A stretch of DNA of 64,000 nucleotides from an uncultured Acidobacteriota bacterium (lineage in GTDB: Bacteria > Acidobacteriota > Vicinamibacteria > Marinacidobacterales > DATDRI01), in NCBI GenBank assembly GCA_963722765.1, contig CAVROO010000014.1:450976-514975 (forward strand). The letters run 5' to 3'. Of this stretch, positions 29,551-40,024 are shown one piece after another (the first letter of the stretch is position 1; the number at the start of each line of letters is the position of its first letter). Made by a program: the position numbers and the translations under genes. The notes beneath the pieces were generated by a model. That model did no database searches, was not told where the DNA came from, and saw nothing but the letters and a program-made list of their open reading frames with translations.

Positions 29551-32377
29551 TTAGTTGACGTTGTTTGTGGCGGCCCCTCCGAGTTGTACCGGTTTGGCTC
29601 CCCCCAGAAAAACTCCGTTAAAAAAGAACTTGAATGTGCCGTGCGACTGGCCGCGGAAGAGAACCTCCGGCCCGTAAAGGAACAGCTTGCCCTTGCCCAC
29701 TTCGGCCACGGCCACGGCCACACCACTATAGAGTCGGTGCTGGCCCCAGGCCCAGCCGCTGCGTAGAGGTTCGTCGCTGTCGTACCACGCCACCGGGGTC
29801 ACGCCTTTTTTGTCGTAATCCGGTTTCAAACGAAGGACGGGACTGTTGTTGAAGAAAACATCGGCACGCTCCGGCATCCCATAGGCCAGAGGGTGGGTGT
29901 TGTTCACGCGAGCCTCGAGCACCGAGCTCGGGATGTAGTACTCCTCCGGCGGTAAGGGTTTTCCGTCGCCGTCGGCCAGGTGATTCACCACCGGAACCCC
30001 GGCGTAAGGAGCCAGGTTGGTGGATGTGCCGATGGTGAGGACCGTCCCACCTTGTTCCATGAACTGAAGCAGCTTGGGAACGGTCTTTTCCGCCGTGACG
30101 CGTCCGAGCCAGCTTCGGTATTTCTCGGGGATGTTCTCGGGCTTCGGCTGGCTACCGCCCCGAGCTCGTGCGTGGGGACTCACGTTCACCTCGCCCGGCG
30201 GAATCGCGTCGGTCACGAAAACGAGCACATCGAACTTCTCGTTGAGATTGCCTGCGTCGAGCGTCTTTGGATAGATTACCTCGAAGGGGAACTCGAACTG
30301 CTCGAGGAGCCACCGAGTCCAACCGGAAGGCATCGAGCCGCCGTACTGGTCCCACAGGCCGACGCGAACCGGTTGGATCTGTAGCGCCGTTCCACCGGGA
30401 GCGGCGCCGAGACCGTCGAAGCTCAATCCGAGCTCGGACGCCATCTTCTCGAGCATCTTGCCGGTGGAGGACGTGGCCTCGATGTAGATCGTTCCGGCGG
30501 GATAGGTCGTACCATTTGTCGTGAGCTCATCCGTGAGCCAGTACACCTTGTGATTTGCCGCCAGGAGTCGATTGGTGGCGATGAAAGCGTCGTTGGCGCG
30601 ATGGCTCGTCAGGAATCCGGCTGCACCACGGGCGCTCGTCACCTTACCGGGCAGAGGTTTGGCGAGACCTTCGATCGGTTCGAGAGGACCGTCGAACCCT
30701 TCGAGAATCCGGTCGAACTCGACACCCATCTGGAAGGCCAGTGTGTAGCCGGCATTGTCGTAAGGCGGGACCGGCGGTCCTCCTTCATAGAGAAAGTCAT
30801 TCGGGTGGTCCTGGGGCTCAAAAAGATCCATCACGTGGGGCCGGAAGGCTTGTGCCGCTTTGACCACATAGGAACCTGCGGGATAGGTCTTTCCAGCCAC
30901 GGAAAACTCCCGCGTGGCACGATGGACGTTGACACCGTTTTTGATAAAGGTGTTCATGAACTTCGTGGCGGTGGGGAAGTCCGCCTGATCGGCCGACAAG
31001 ATGAATCCTCTCGGGTCTCGATTCTCGGGTTTCTTGAAGAGCTCGAGGTACTTTTTGGGTACGCCGTTGCCACGCCTTCGAAAGGAGGGGCGTAGCGCTG
31101 CGGCGGCTTCGGGATCTTCTGCTGCGGCGACTCGGTTGACTTCGTCAACGATCTTCGGGTGAACCGTCCAGTTGTCCCTGCTACCCCGTTCGATGTTGTT
31201 TCGACCCATGAGGTAGCGGTTGTACAGGAGCGTTTCCCTCTGGCGGGAGGCATAGTCCACCACCGCACGGTTCAGCGTGATCGAGTAGTCGATAGCCTCG
31301 CGGAAGTGCCATTCTCCGGGAACGTGCGGAAAAGGCATATCGACTGAGGGGAGCTGCCGGTCGGGCCAAAAGGCGAGCTCCATGGGGGTTGGGTTGCCCT
31401 TGATCTCGGTGAGCAGACCAATCTGGTTATGGAAGTAGCCGGTGGTCCGGACGTTGCCGTTGAACCAGATCGAGTAGTTGGCGCGCGAGCGCATGCCGCT
31501 TCCCGGTTTGCCTTCCGCAACGAGTTCGACTGTGCATCGCCGTGCCGAAGGCCTCGATGCCCAAGATCAACAGAGGGTCGTAGTTGTAGTTGGGCGGATC
31601 GCGGAAGGGTGGCACGAAGACGATGATGTCGTTGGGGCCGGTCTGGTGATGGTTGTACATGACCTGTGGAAACCATTCCCGGTACATGATGCGGTTCAGG
31701 TTCTCCGTTTCCGGCTGGGCAGCCATGTACGAGTCCCGGTTGTTGTCGTGGCCGATGTACTTCTGGTAGAGCCGGGGTATGTCCCCTGAGGTACGTTTCT
31801 TGGGATCCTCGTCGCGCATGTACCAACTGGAAACGAGCTCCATGCCGTCGGGATTGGCGTGGACCGCTAAAATGATCACATCATCGAGGAAGCGCATCGT
31901 TTCCCGGTCCTCGAGGCTCACGATCTGGTACACCATCTCCATGAGTTGGTGTGACCCTACGACTTCGGTGGCGTGGAGACCTCCGTCGATCCACACGATC
32001 GCCTTTCCCTCCTGAGCCAACTTGCGCGCCTCCTGGTCCGTCAGTCCTTCCGCCAGAGCCAGCTTTCGGGAGATGTCTCGGTAGTGTTCCAGTTTCTTGT
32101 GGTTCTGCGGAGACGTAAGGATGGACATATATTGCGGACGCCCTTCGGCGGTCTTGCCGATCTCGACGAGACGCATCCGAGGGGACTCTTTGTCGAGCTT
32201 TTTCCAATACTCCGTGAGTTGGCTATAGGTAATGAGGTGGTAATCGTCACCGATGTTGATACCGAATTGATCCGTCGGCGACGTGACCTTGATTGCAGCA
32301 AGGACCGGCGAGGTCGCGACGAGACTCGTGACGAGTAAGCCGGCGAGTGTAAGCCGTATCGGGAAGCTACTGTTCAT
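29551..32377 (-). CDS. large M14-family zinc carboxypeptidase-like protein, secreted; 1 frame disruption
   Basis: A signal peptide is followed by the Zn motifs 'GGLHATEVVG' (HxxE) and 'AVHANPDG'. ORFs 32377..31427 and 31494..29551 join (...GIEAFGTAMH / VELVAEGKPGSGMRSRANYSIW...), with the shift at about 31528-31535. Confidence 0.75.
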
Positions 32378-32634
32378 GGCGATCCTTCCTTGTTAAATGA
32401 CAGTTCCGGGGACGAGTTAGGCGACTTAGAGTATCGTGAAAAGCTGGTGATCTCTACAGAGTTGTCAATCCTGCCTACACGGCGACAGCGACATTTGTAC
32501 CGCCATGGTGGGTGCCATAAAATGGCGCCGTTCGAGGGGCATCCTGGCTCCGGGGAACGTTCCAGACTCATCCTAATCCATCGAAAGCCAACAGAGATCG
32601 AACCGGCGATGCCCCGCATAAAAAGGAGAGGAGC

Positions 32635-34466
32635 ATGCGCAAACTATTCGTTTTCATTTGTACCTGCCTCATCTGTGTTCTGCCCCTGTCGAGCGCGATG
32701 GGAGGGGGTGACAAGGTTACTCCCTTGGGGAAGTATGATTTCTACCACTACTACGACTACGAAGAGCTGACTCGGTATCTGAAAGACATCAACCAAGCCC
32801 ACCCGCAACTAACTTCGCTCACCTCGCTCGCCAAGTCGGACATGGGACGCGACGTTTGGATGCTCACCATCAACAACCCCGAGACGGGGAAACCCGAGGA
32901 CAAACCGGCGCTTTTGATCGATCAAATCCATGCCGGCGAAGTCATCGCCGCCATGTCCAATCTCTACACGATTTGGTATCTCTTGGATAACTACGGGAAT
33001 GACGACCACGTGACCGACATCGTGGATCGAAACGTTTGGTATATCGTTCCGCGCAACGACGTGGATGGCGCCGAGTCCTACCTGAAAGAAAAACCCGCCG
33101 GAGAGGATCCGGATCCGGTGGACGACGACAAGGACTTCCTCTTCGATGAAGACCCGCCCGAAGACATCGACGGCGACGGCGTCATGGTTCAAATGAGGCA
33201 AGTGGATCCAATGGGGGAGTGGAAAGTCTCGGACAAAGATCCACGGATCATGGTCAAGAAGGCGCCCGACGAGGTCGGAGGAACCTACTACAAGATGTAC
33301 ACCGAAGGGCTGGACAACGACGATGACGGAAAGGTCAACGAAGATTCCTTCGCCCGAGGTTTCCTCTCTAACCGGAACTACCCCGGCAATTGGAAGCCGG
33401 ACTCGATTCAGGGGGGCGGCAAGCGTTACCCCATGCAGGAGAGCATCACTCGGGCCGAGGTGGACTTCGTCGATTCACACCCGAACATTGCCGTGTTCAT
33501 CCAGAGCCATTGCTGCGGCAGGGTTATTCTCCGCCCCCCCACGACCGCCGTGGACAACGAATTTGCCCACAAGGGTGACCTTCGTCTCTACCAGGTGGTG
33601 GCCGCTCGAGCTCTCGAGCGCTCGGGGTGGAACCTTGCTACGTCGGTTTTCGAGTGGATGTACCCACCCGGAACGCCGAACACGAAGCCGACGCAGGTCT
33701 ATCGCGACAAGGAAGGCAATCTGAAGAACTTGCCCGAGGGATTGCGCTCGGAAGAGGACGAGGAACCCGGCTTTTACACATTTTCCGGCGAGGACGAATA
33801 CTACGCCGACCGCGGTTATTTCGCCTGGGGGAGCTCACTCGAGACCATGTACAACATCTTCGGCATTTTTTCCTTTGCGGACGAGCACTGGGCTCACCCC
33901 GACTACAATCGGGACGGAAAGATCACCGAGCGTGAGCGGATGCGGTGGAACGACGAGGACATGGGGGAAAAGCATTCGTCGATTGGCATGCCTACGATCA
34001 CCCCACGCTTGGCAAAGTCGAGGTCGGCGGATGGGTGAGAAACAAGATGAGCCCGCCCGAAGGTGAGCTCATTCAAAAAGAATGCGAAATGGGCAATGCT
34101 TACAAGATCTACATTGGGGGGCTCACGCCCAAGCTCTCCATCGAGAGCGAGACCGAGGACAAAGACAACGGTCTCTTCCAGGTGGATATCACCGTACGAA
34201 ACGAAGGTTTCCTACCCACCGCGTTACAACACGCTCAGCAAATCGGCGCAGCCAAGCCGCTGGTGCTCGAGGTCGAGCCTGACGGTAATCTCGAGATCAT
34301 CCTGGGCGAGGACATGTTGGCTCTCGGGCATATCTTCGGCAACTCGAAGAGTGAAAAGACGACCTACATCGTTCGAAAGAAGGATTCGTCCCGTCGGGCC
34401 GCGCTGACGGCGGTTGTGGCATCGCCGAAGGCGGGCAAAGCGACCGAAACGATCGTTGTCCAGTAG
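32635..34466 (+). CDS. M14-family metallopeptidase, secreted; 1 frame disruption
   Basis: Signal MRKLFVFICTCLICVLPLSSA. 'DQIHAGEVIAAM' (HxxE) and 'VPRNDVDGAE' are present. ORFs 32635.. and 33945.. join within ATGGGGGAAAA (33961-33971). Confidence 0.75.
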
Positions 34467-34475
34467 CTGGACCCT

Positions 34476-34511
34476 CGGGGGTGTGAGCGTGAATCTGAGC
34501 TCACACCCCCG
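34476..34511 (+). terminator. 13-bp GC-rich hairpin after the M14 gene
   Basis: CGGGGGTGTGAGC-gtgaatctga-GCTCACACCCCCG, 10 nt after the stop codon. No clear U-tract. Confidence 0.5.
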
Positions 34512-34785
34512 ACTTGCCGCCCTCCCACCCTACCAGCCCATCTCCCGTCCGGTATTCACACGTGTGATCCAAGCGCCCCTGCATTCATAAGCCACTATTC
34601 ATTGTCCTGTCTTGGATTATCAGATCGTATAAATCTTTTTTTAAGAATCACTTCCACTGTCAGCCCAAATCACGGGAATTGTCAGAGGCCTGCTATGTAT
34701 TTTCATGCCCTTGCTGCATACCGTGTGTACAAGACGACGTCGTCCATGAGCCGCGGCTCCCTTTCAAAAGACGGGAGGGAGAAAA

Positions 34786-35502
34786 ATGACGCTTTTAGGA
34801 CTATCGCAAGGCCATGGAAACCGTACCTATGCGCCCGGGTGTTTGGCAGCTTCGATCTTCTTCTCTGGGCTGATTTTAGCGGAAAACGCGCGGGCGCAAT
34901 CGAGTCCACGCGAGTCGGACCCAAATCAAGGGAACCGCGAGATTTGGGTTGAGCTAACCGATATGACGGCGCTCGATATGGAAAGTCAAGACGTTTTGAA
35001 GAAGGAAGTGGAAGCCATCTATGCAACCGCAAGCGTCGAGGTCCGATGGTTGCCCGCCGGGGCCTCCCATGTCGCTGCCCATTACGCACAAGTGTTTGTT
35101 TTGGAGAAGCTTCCGGGTGCTTTGAGCTCCCGCCTCCGGGCGTTTGGCGGTGGTGAGCCGATGGCACTCATTCTGGGCGACTCGCCGGTCATCTATATAT
35201 CCCGCCGACAAGTTGCAGCGAAGGTCTTGGGGGCGCCGGATTTGGAGCCAGAGCCACAGATGCTCGGCCGGGCCCTTGGCCGAGTTTTGAGCCACGAGCT
35301 CGCGCATCGATTCGTAGATATGCGCCATTCTCGAAGCGGCCTCCTGAAAGCGAATCTTGGCCAAGGTGATCTCACCCGCGAAAGCGCCAAGGACCTCTGC
35401 TTCAATCCTGAGCAAATCGAGAAGCTGCAGCGGGTTGCTTGCCAAGTCGATGAAGGGGTAGGAAGCCAGGTGGCGGCGAAAATTGGAAGGGGGAAGAAAT
35501 GA
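34786..35502 (+). CDS. hypothetical secreted protein with HExxH motif
   Basis: 238 aa with a hydrophobic N-terminus (CLAASIFFSGLILAENARA). 'RVLSHELAHRFVDMRH' is a zinc-metalloprotease-like HExxH. No family recognised. Its stop overlaps the GntR start (ATGA). Confidence 0.4.
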   Translation: MTLLGLSQGHGNRTYAPGCLAASIFFSGLILAENARAQSSPRESDPNQGNREIWVELTDMTALDMESQDVLKKEVEAIYATASVEVRWLPAGASHVAAHYAQVFVLEKLPGALSSRLRAFGGGEPMALILGDSPVIYISRRQVAAKVLGAPDLEPEPQMLGRALGRVLSHELAHRFVDMRHSRSGLLKANLGQGDLTRESAKDLCFNPEQIEKLQRVACQVDEGVGSQVAAKIGRGKK

Positions 35503-36233
35503 GACGGCTCAGGCTCGAATCCCACGAGCTACTCAGCAACGAAGCCCGACGGAAAATTCTTAGATTCATCTTCGACGGGAAACTCATCCCGGGCCGGAGA
35601 ATTATGGAGGTTTCCCTCGCCAACCAGTTCGGGCTGAGCCGCACTCCCCTTCGAGAAGCATTGGCCAGTCTGGAACGGGAGGGTTTTCTCGTCCGAAGGG
35701 GGAGGAAGGGGCTGACGGTGCCTCCTCTCGATACGCGAGAGGTCGAAGAGATCTGCCTTACACTGGGAGCGCTCGAGGGGTTCGCGGTACGTTCCTGTGG
35801 ACTACCCGATGAGGAATCGATGGATGAGCTCGAGCAGTTGACGGATCGAATGTGTCGAGAAACGGACGGATCACGCATGCTCGACTTGGAGGACGATTGG
35901 CACGCGTATCTGTTCGAGGCCTGCTCGAATCGACACCTACTGCGCTCGATAGACGGATATCGCTGCAAGCTTCGACGCTATGAGCTGGCATACTGGCGGG
36001 AGCACGGATGTGCCATAACGACGGTTATGGATCATAAACTCGCGTTCCTTTTCTTCTGCCGAATGAGAAACCTTCCTGAGGCCGCTCGAAGATTCGAAGA
36101 ACATCGGCTGGCGTATGTCCACCCGATGACGACATGGTTGAGAACGATTAGGGTGAGCGAGAAAAGCGGCGTGATCGAGGGGGCTTCGGTCTCGGGCGTG
36201 CAGCGTGACCGGCCGCAATTGGGTCTTAGGTGA
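35499..36233 (+). CDS. GntR family transcriptional regulator (FadR/FCD subfamily)
   Basis: Winged-HTH segment 'SLANQFGLSRTPLREALASLEREGFLVRRGRKGLTV', followed by an all-helical C-terminal domain. Confidence 0.8.
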   Translation: MRRLRLESHELLSNEARRKILRFIFDGKLIPGRRIMEVSLANQFGLSRTPLREALASLEREGFLVRRGRKGLTVPPLDTREVEEICLTLGALEGFAVRSCGLPDEESMDELEQLTDRMCRETDGSRMLDLEDDWHAYLFEACSNRHLLRSIDGYRCKLRRYELAYWREHGCAITTVMDHKLAFLFFCRMRNLPEAARRFEEHRLAYVHPMTTWLRTIRVSEKSGVIEGASVSGVQRDRPQLGLR

Positions 36234-36243
36234 CTATTAAATG

Positions 36244-36350
36244 AAAATCCGGATGGCGACGGCGGCTTGTCCGCCGTAGCCTTGGCGAAGGTGGAAGCCG
36301 TCCTCCTTTTCCATTCCGGGTTCTTGAGTTCTCGAGTTCTGGAGTTCTTT
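36244..36350 (+). repeat. core-plus-word-arm intergenic element R1 (longest core; GAGTTCT arm)
   Basis: AAAATCCGGATGGCGACGGCGG-cttgt-CCGCCGTAGCCTTGGCGAAGGTGGAAGCCGTCCTCCTTTTCCATTCCGG, then GTTCTTGAGTTCTCGAGTTCTGGAGTTCTTT. Confidence 0.6.
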
Positions 36351-36421
36351 AAACACTGGCCTACAAGTCATTCCATATCATGGGGTTGCAGAATTCAAGC
36401 AAGTGAGTCTAGTATTGGGGC

Positions 36422-37243
36422 ATGATTGCGAGCACGAGCGTGGCCGAGGCGGCTGAAATCGCCATTCCTCAACTGTTGGATCGTCACGGCGGACAAATTT
36501 ACGGTTTGGGACTCCGCATGTGCGGTGACCCGGACGAAGCTCAGGATCTCGTCCAGGATGTGTTCCTGCAGGCGTTCCGAAAGTGGGACCAGTTCGAGGG
36601 ACGCTCGAGCCCTTCCACGTGGCTTTATACGATTGCTGCGCGGGTTTGCCAGAGACGGCATCGTCTTCGTGCCGGCGAGCCACGAAATCTAGAGCCCCTC
36701 ACCACGCTTTTGCCCTCTGGTGACGAAGGTGTCCTCGATCTGCCATCGGATGGAGATACTCCTCAGGATGTTCTGGAGCGCAAGGAGACGCGAGACGCCG
36801 TCCAGCGTGCCTTGATCGGGCTTCCCCCCAAGTTCCGGCTGCCGCTGATCCTGAAAGAGCTGATGGACCTTTCGATCACCGAGATCGCGGAAGTGTTGGG
36901 TCTCAAAGAAGCCACGGTCAAGACCCGTCTACACCGAGCTCGTCTGTTTGCCGCAAAGGAGCTGTCGCGCAATTTGCCCAAACGGTCGGCCCCCCATCCC
37001 GATCATGCTCGAACCGTGTGTTTGGACCTTCTCCAGGCCAAGCAAGAGGCGCTCGATCGAGGCGTTCCATTTCCGGTCCCGCAACAGGAGCTCTGCGTGC
37101 GTTGCCAGTCCCTTTTCGCGACCTTGGATCTTACCAGCGACGCCTGCCATCGGTTGGCCGAGGGGGAGCTGCCGGAACCGGTTCGAGAGGCTCTGCTCGA
37201 GCAAATGAAGCGCTCTTCTAAGCCCCGCCGCCCGAAAAGCTGA
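36422..37243 (+). CDS. ECF-type RNA polymerase sigma-70 factor with about 90-aa Cys-containing C-terminal extension
   Basis: Region 2 reads 'DEAQDLVQDVFLQAFRKW...PSTWLYTIAARVCQRR'. Region 4 reads 'LSITEIAEVLGLKEATVKTRLHRARL'. The extension reads 'HPDHARTVCLDLLQAKQEALDRGVPFPVPQQELCVRCQSLFATLDLTSDACHRL'. Confidence 0.8.
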   Translation: MIASTSVAEAAEIAIPQLLDRHGGQIYGLGLRMCGDPDEAQDLVQDVFLQAFRKWDQFEGRSSPSTWLYTIAARVCQRRHRLRAGEPRNLEPLTTLLPSGDEGVLDLPSDGDTPQDVLERKETRDAVQRALIGLPPKFRLPLILKELMDLSITEIAEVLGLKEATVKTRLHRARLFAAKELSRNLPKRSAPHPDHARTVCLDLLQAKQEALDRGVPFPVPQQELCVRCQSLFATLDLTSDACHRLAEGELPEPVREALLEQMKRSSKPRRPKS

Positions 37244-37342
37244 GTCTCTAGGCACAAATACCCAATACTTGATTCAGGTTGTGTAGTTCATCTACACCCC
37301 ACCAGAAACCACAAATCATTGATGCAAACGGACCTTGTCACG

Positions 37343-37371
37343 GGAACCTTTTTCTCGATACTTGGCTCTAA
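37343..37371 (+). promoter_or_regulatory. candidate ECF (RpoE-like) promoter upstream of the TolC-MFP-RND operon
   Basis: GGAACCT-N17-TCTAA (gGGAACCTttttctcgatacttggcTCTAAcc) lies about 90 nt upstream of ATG 37461. It resembles the GGAACTT/TCTRA ECF consensus. This is a pattern match only. Confidence 0.35.
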
Positions 37372-37460
37372 CCAATCGGCAGCCCGAGACGGTCACCAAA
37401 GAGAAACCTCCATAGAGCAAGCCGAGTGAAATGAAAACGGATAGACATAGGAAAGTGGTT

Positions 37461-38879
37461 ATGCATCAGATACGGATCCAACGGCTCCTGAAGATCACGG
37501 GAGCAAAACTCGCTCTGGCGGCAGCCGTCGTTGCACCTCTGGTGCTCGGGTTGCCTGTTTCCGCTGGGGTCGCGGGAGCACAAGAAAGCCCCCTGACCCT
37601 CGATGAGGCCATCGCGAAAGCCCTTGTGCACAATCCCGACGCCGAAGCGGCACAGGAGGCGGCGAAGGTTGGTGAGGCCCGCCACCAGCAGGCGGTGGCT
37701 CGCTTTTTGCCGCGTGTGGACTACATCGAGTCGTGGAACCGCGGCAACAATCCGGTCTATGTCTTCGGGTCACTTCTCAACCAGGGGAGGTTCACCGAGG
37801 AAAACTTCGCCATCGATCGGCTCAATCATCCCGACGCCGTGAGCAACTATCGTTCACAGTTCGTGTTGCAGCAGCCCATCTTTATCGGGGGCCAGAACAT
37901 CCTCGGACTCGATGGGGCGCGAATCGGTCGCGACATGGCGGAAGAAGGACGGAAACTCACCGAAATGCAAGTCATCTTCCACACGCTGCGGACCTATTTC
38001 GGAGTGCAGGTGAGTGCGGAGAACCTGAATGTCATTGGTAAAGCCCTGGCTAGCGCCCAGGAGGACTTGAATCGAGCTCAGGCTCTTTTCGATTCCGGGA
38101 TGGTGACGGAAGTCGATTTGTTGTCCATCAAAGTCCACCTGGCAGGTCTCAAGGAAGAGCAGATCCGTGCAAAAAACGCTCTCGAAGTCATGAAGGCCGA
38201 GCTCAGTCAAACCGTCGGTGAGCCTCTCGACAGCGAGTTCACACTTCTTACCCCGCTCGAATATCGTGAAAAAAAGGAAACCGGCGGCGTCGTGGAAGAT
38301 CTCGTTGTGTCGGCGATGGAGAATCAGCCGGCCGCCAAGATGAAGAGTCTCGAAGTCGAGTCCATGCGGGTGAAGAAAAAAATGTCACACGCCAACTTCC
38401 TGCCGTCGGTGGCGTTACAGGCCGGTTGGCAGTCGGACCGGGAGAGCTTCACCGGCGACGGCGGTTCGAGCTGGGTCTTGGGATTGGCCATGCAAATCAA
38501 TCTTTTCGAAGGGACGGGAAAATTCGCTCGTGCTTCCGAGGCCGCGGCCGGGTTGAGGAAGGCCGAGGCTGAGAAGAGGAAAGCGGATGACACCATCCGT
38601 CTCGAAGTACGTCGTGCGTACCTGGATCAGGCGGCTGCGGCGGAACGTGTCGAGGTGGCTCGAACTGCAGTGGCACAGGCGAGGGAGAGCCACAGAATCA
38701 CTGAAGCTCGTTACGAAGGCGGGCTCTCTAATGTAACCGAGTTGTTGCGGAGCCAGAGCGCTCTGCTCGATGCGGAAGCCAGGTATCTTGGTGCAATTTA
38801 TGGGGGGCGGCTGGCCGAGGCTCGATTGGAGCTTGCAGTCGGGACGCTTCACAAAGAATCAGAGGCGGTAAAGCCGTGA
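37461..38879 (+). CDS. TolC-family outer membrane efflux protein
   Basis: The signal is followed by 'SPLTLDEAIAKALVHNPDAEAA' and two repeats of coiled-coil/beta segments typical of OEP/TolC. Confidence 0.85.
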   Translation: MHQIRIQRLLKITGAKLALAAAVVAPLVLGLPVSAGVAGAQESPLTLDEAIAKALVHNPDAEAAQEAAKVGEARHQQAVARFLPRVDYIESWNRGNNPVYVFGSLLNQGRFTEENFAIDRLNHPDAVSNYRSQFVLQQPIFIGGQNILGLDGARIGRDMAEEGRKLTEMQVIFHTLRTYFGVQVSAENLNVIGKALASAQEDLNRAQALFDSGMVTEVDLLSIKVHLAGLKEEQIRAKNALEVMKAELSQTVGEPLDSEFTLLTPLEYREKKETGGVVEDLVVSAMENQPAAKMKSLEVESMRVKKKMSHANFLPSVALQAGWQSDRESFTGDGGSSWVLGLAMQINLFEGTGKFARASEAAAGLRKAEAEKRKADDTIRLEVRRAYLDQAAAAERVEVARTAVAQARESHRITEARYEGGLSNVTELLRSQSALLDAEARYLGAIYGGRLAEARLELAVGTLHKESEAVKP

Positions 38880-40024
38880 TGAAGTCGAAAAAAACTCTAG
38901 TCTCGATTTTGTTTTTAGTGTTGGGAACCTTCGGCTGCCGTGAGGCAGAAGAGCACGTTGCCGAGGACCGAGGAACTGCAAACGTATCGGTCTTTACCGT
39001 CAGCAGCGGCTCGATGGGTCTAGGTTATATGGCAAGCGGGACGTTGCGGGGAAGTCAGACCGCGGTTTTGACGAGCAAGGCCCCGGGATATGTCCAGGCG
39101 GTCCGTTTCAAGCCGGGAGATCTCGTAAAGGCCGGGCAGGTTCTTTTTGTTCTGGAGGACAACGAGCTCGGCGCCAAGCTTCGCGCCGCAGAGGCTGGAC
39201 TCGAGGAAGCACGCCAAGCGAGGACGGAGGCCGAAAGCGGACTAGTGGCGGCGGAAGCTCAGGCTCGGGTCGCGACGGCGACCTACGAAAGGTTCAAGAC
39301 CCTTCAGGAAAAACGCGCCGTAGCGCCTCAAGAGTTCGACGAGGTCGAAGGCAGCTACAACGCCGCCGTGGCACAAAGGCAAATGGCGGAAGCTCGACTC
39401 GGAAGGATTCGGTCGGGGTTGGCCCGTGCCGAAGCGGAGGTCGAGGCCGTCAAGAGCTACACCCAGATTACGGCACCTTTCTCCGGTCGGGTCACGGAAC
39501 GACGCGTCGATCTCGGGAACCTTGCCGCTCCCGGTGTACCCCTGGGGGTCATCGAGAGCGCCGGAGGGTTACGGGCCAAAGTGTCGATTCCTGAGGCGCA
39601 TGCGGGAAATATCAAGGTGGGTGACAAAGCCGAGATTTGGATCGAGGGAACCGATGAGCCCGTTCCCGGGCGGGTGAGCGAGGTTCAAGGGGTCGATGCC
39701 ATGAGCCGAGCTTTCATGACCGAGGTCGCTCTTCCCGAAGATCTACCCGAGATGCGGCGAGTCCGGCCCGGGATGTTCGTACGGGTTGGTTTCCAAGTGG
39801 GAAACGCCCAAGGTATTTTGATCCCGTCGTCGTCGGTTCTGGAACGGGGACAGCTCGAGATGGTCTATGTTGTGGAAAATGAGCGTGCTCGAACCCGCCT
39901 CGTTACTCTTGGAAATCGACAGGGCGATCAAATCGAAGTCCTTTCCGGCTTGGGGAGCGGCGATGTCGTCGTGGTCAACCCAAGCTCCGACCTGCAAGAA
40001 GGCATGCGGGTGGTGACGCAATGA
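38876..40024 (+). CDS. efflux RND periplasmic adaptor subunit
   Basis: 382 aa with a lipoprotein-like signal 'LGTFGC'. It has an alpha-hairpin ([19 protein letters not shown]...), then '[18 protein letters not shown]' and beta-barrel domains. ATGA overlaps occur on both sides. Confidence 0.85.
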   Translation: MMKSKKTLVSILFLVLGTFGCREAEEHVAEDRGTANVSVFTVSSGSMGLGYMASGTLRGSQTAVLTSKAPGYVQAVRFKPGDLVKAGQVLFVLEDNELGAKLRAAEAGLEEARQARTEAESGLVAAEAQARVATATYERFKTLQEKRAVAPQEFDEVEGSYNAAVAQRQMAEARLGRIRSGLARAEAEVEAVKSYTQITAPFSGRVTERRVDLGNLAAPGVPLGVIESAGGLRAKVSIPEAHAGNIKVGDKAEIWIEGTDEPVPGRVSEVQGVDAMSRAFMTEVALPEDLPEMRRVRPGMFVRVGFQVGNAQGILIPSSSVLERGQLEMVYVVENERARTRLVTLGNRQGDQIEVLSGLGSGDVVVVNPSSDLQEGMRVVTQ

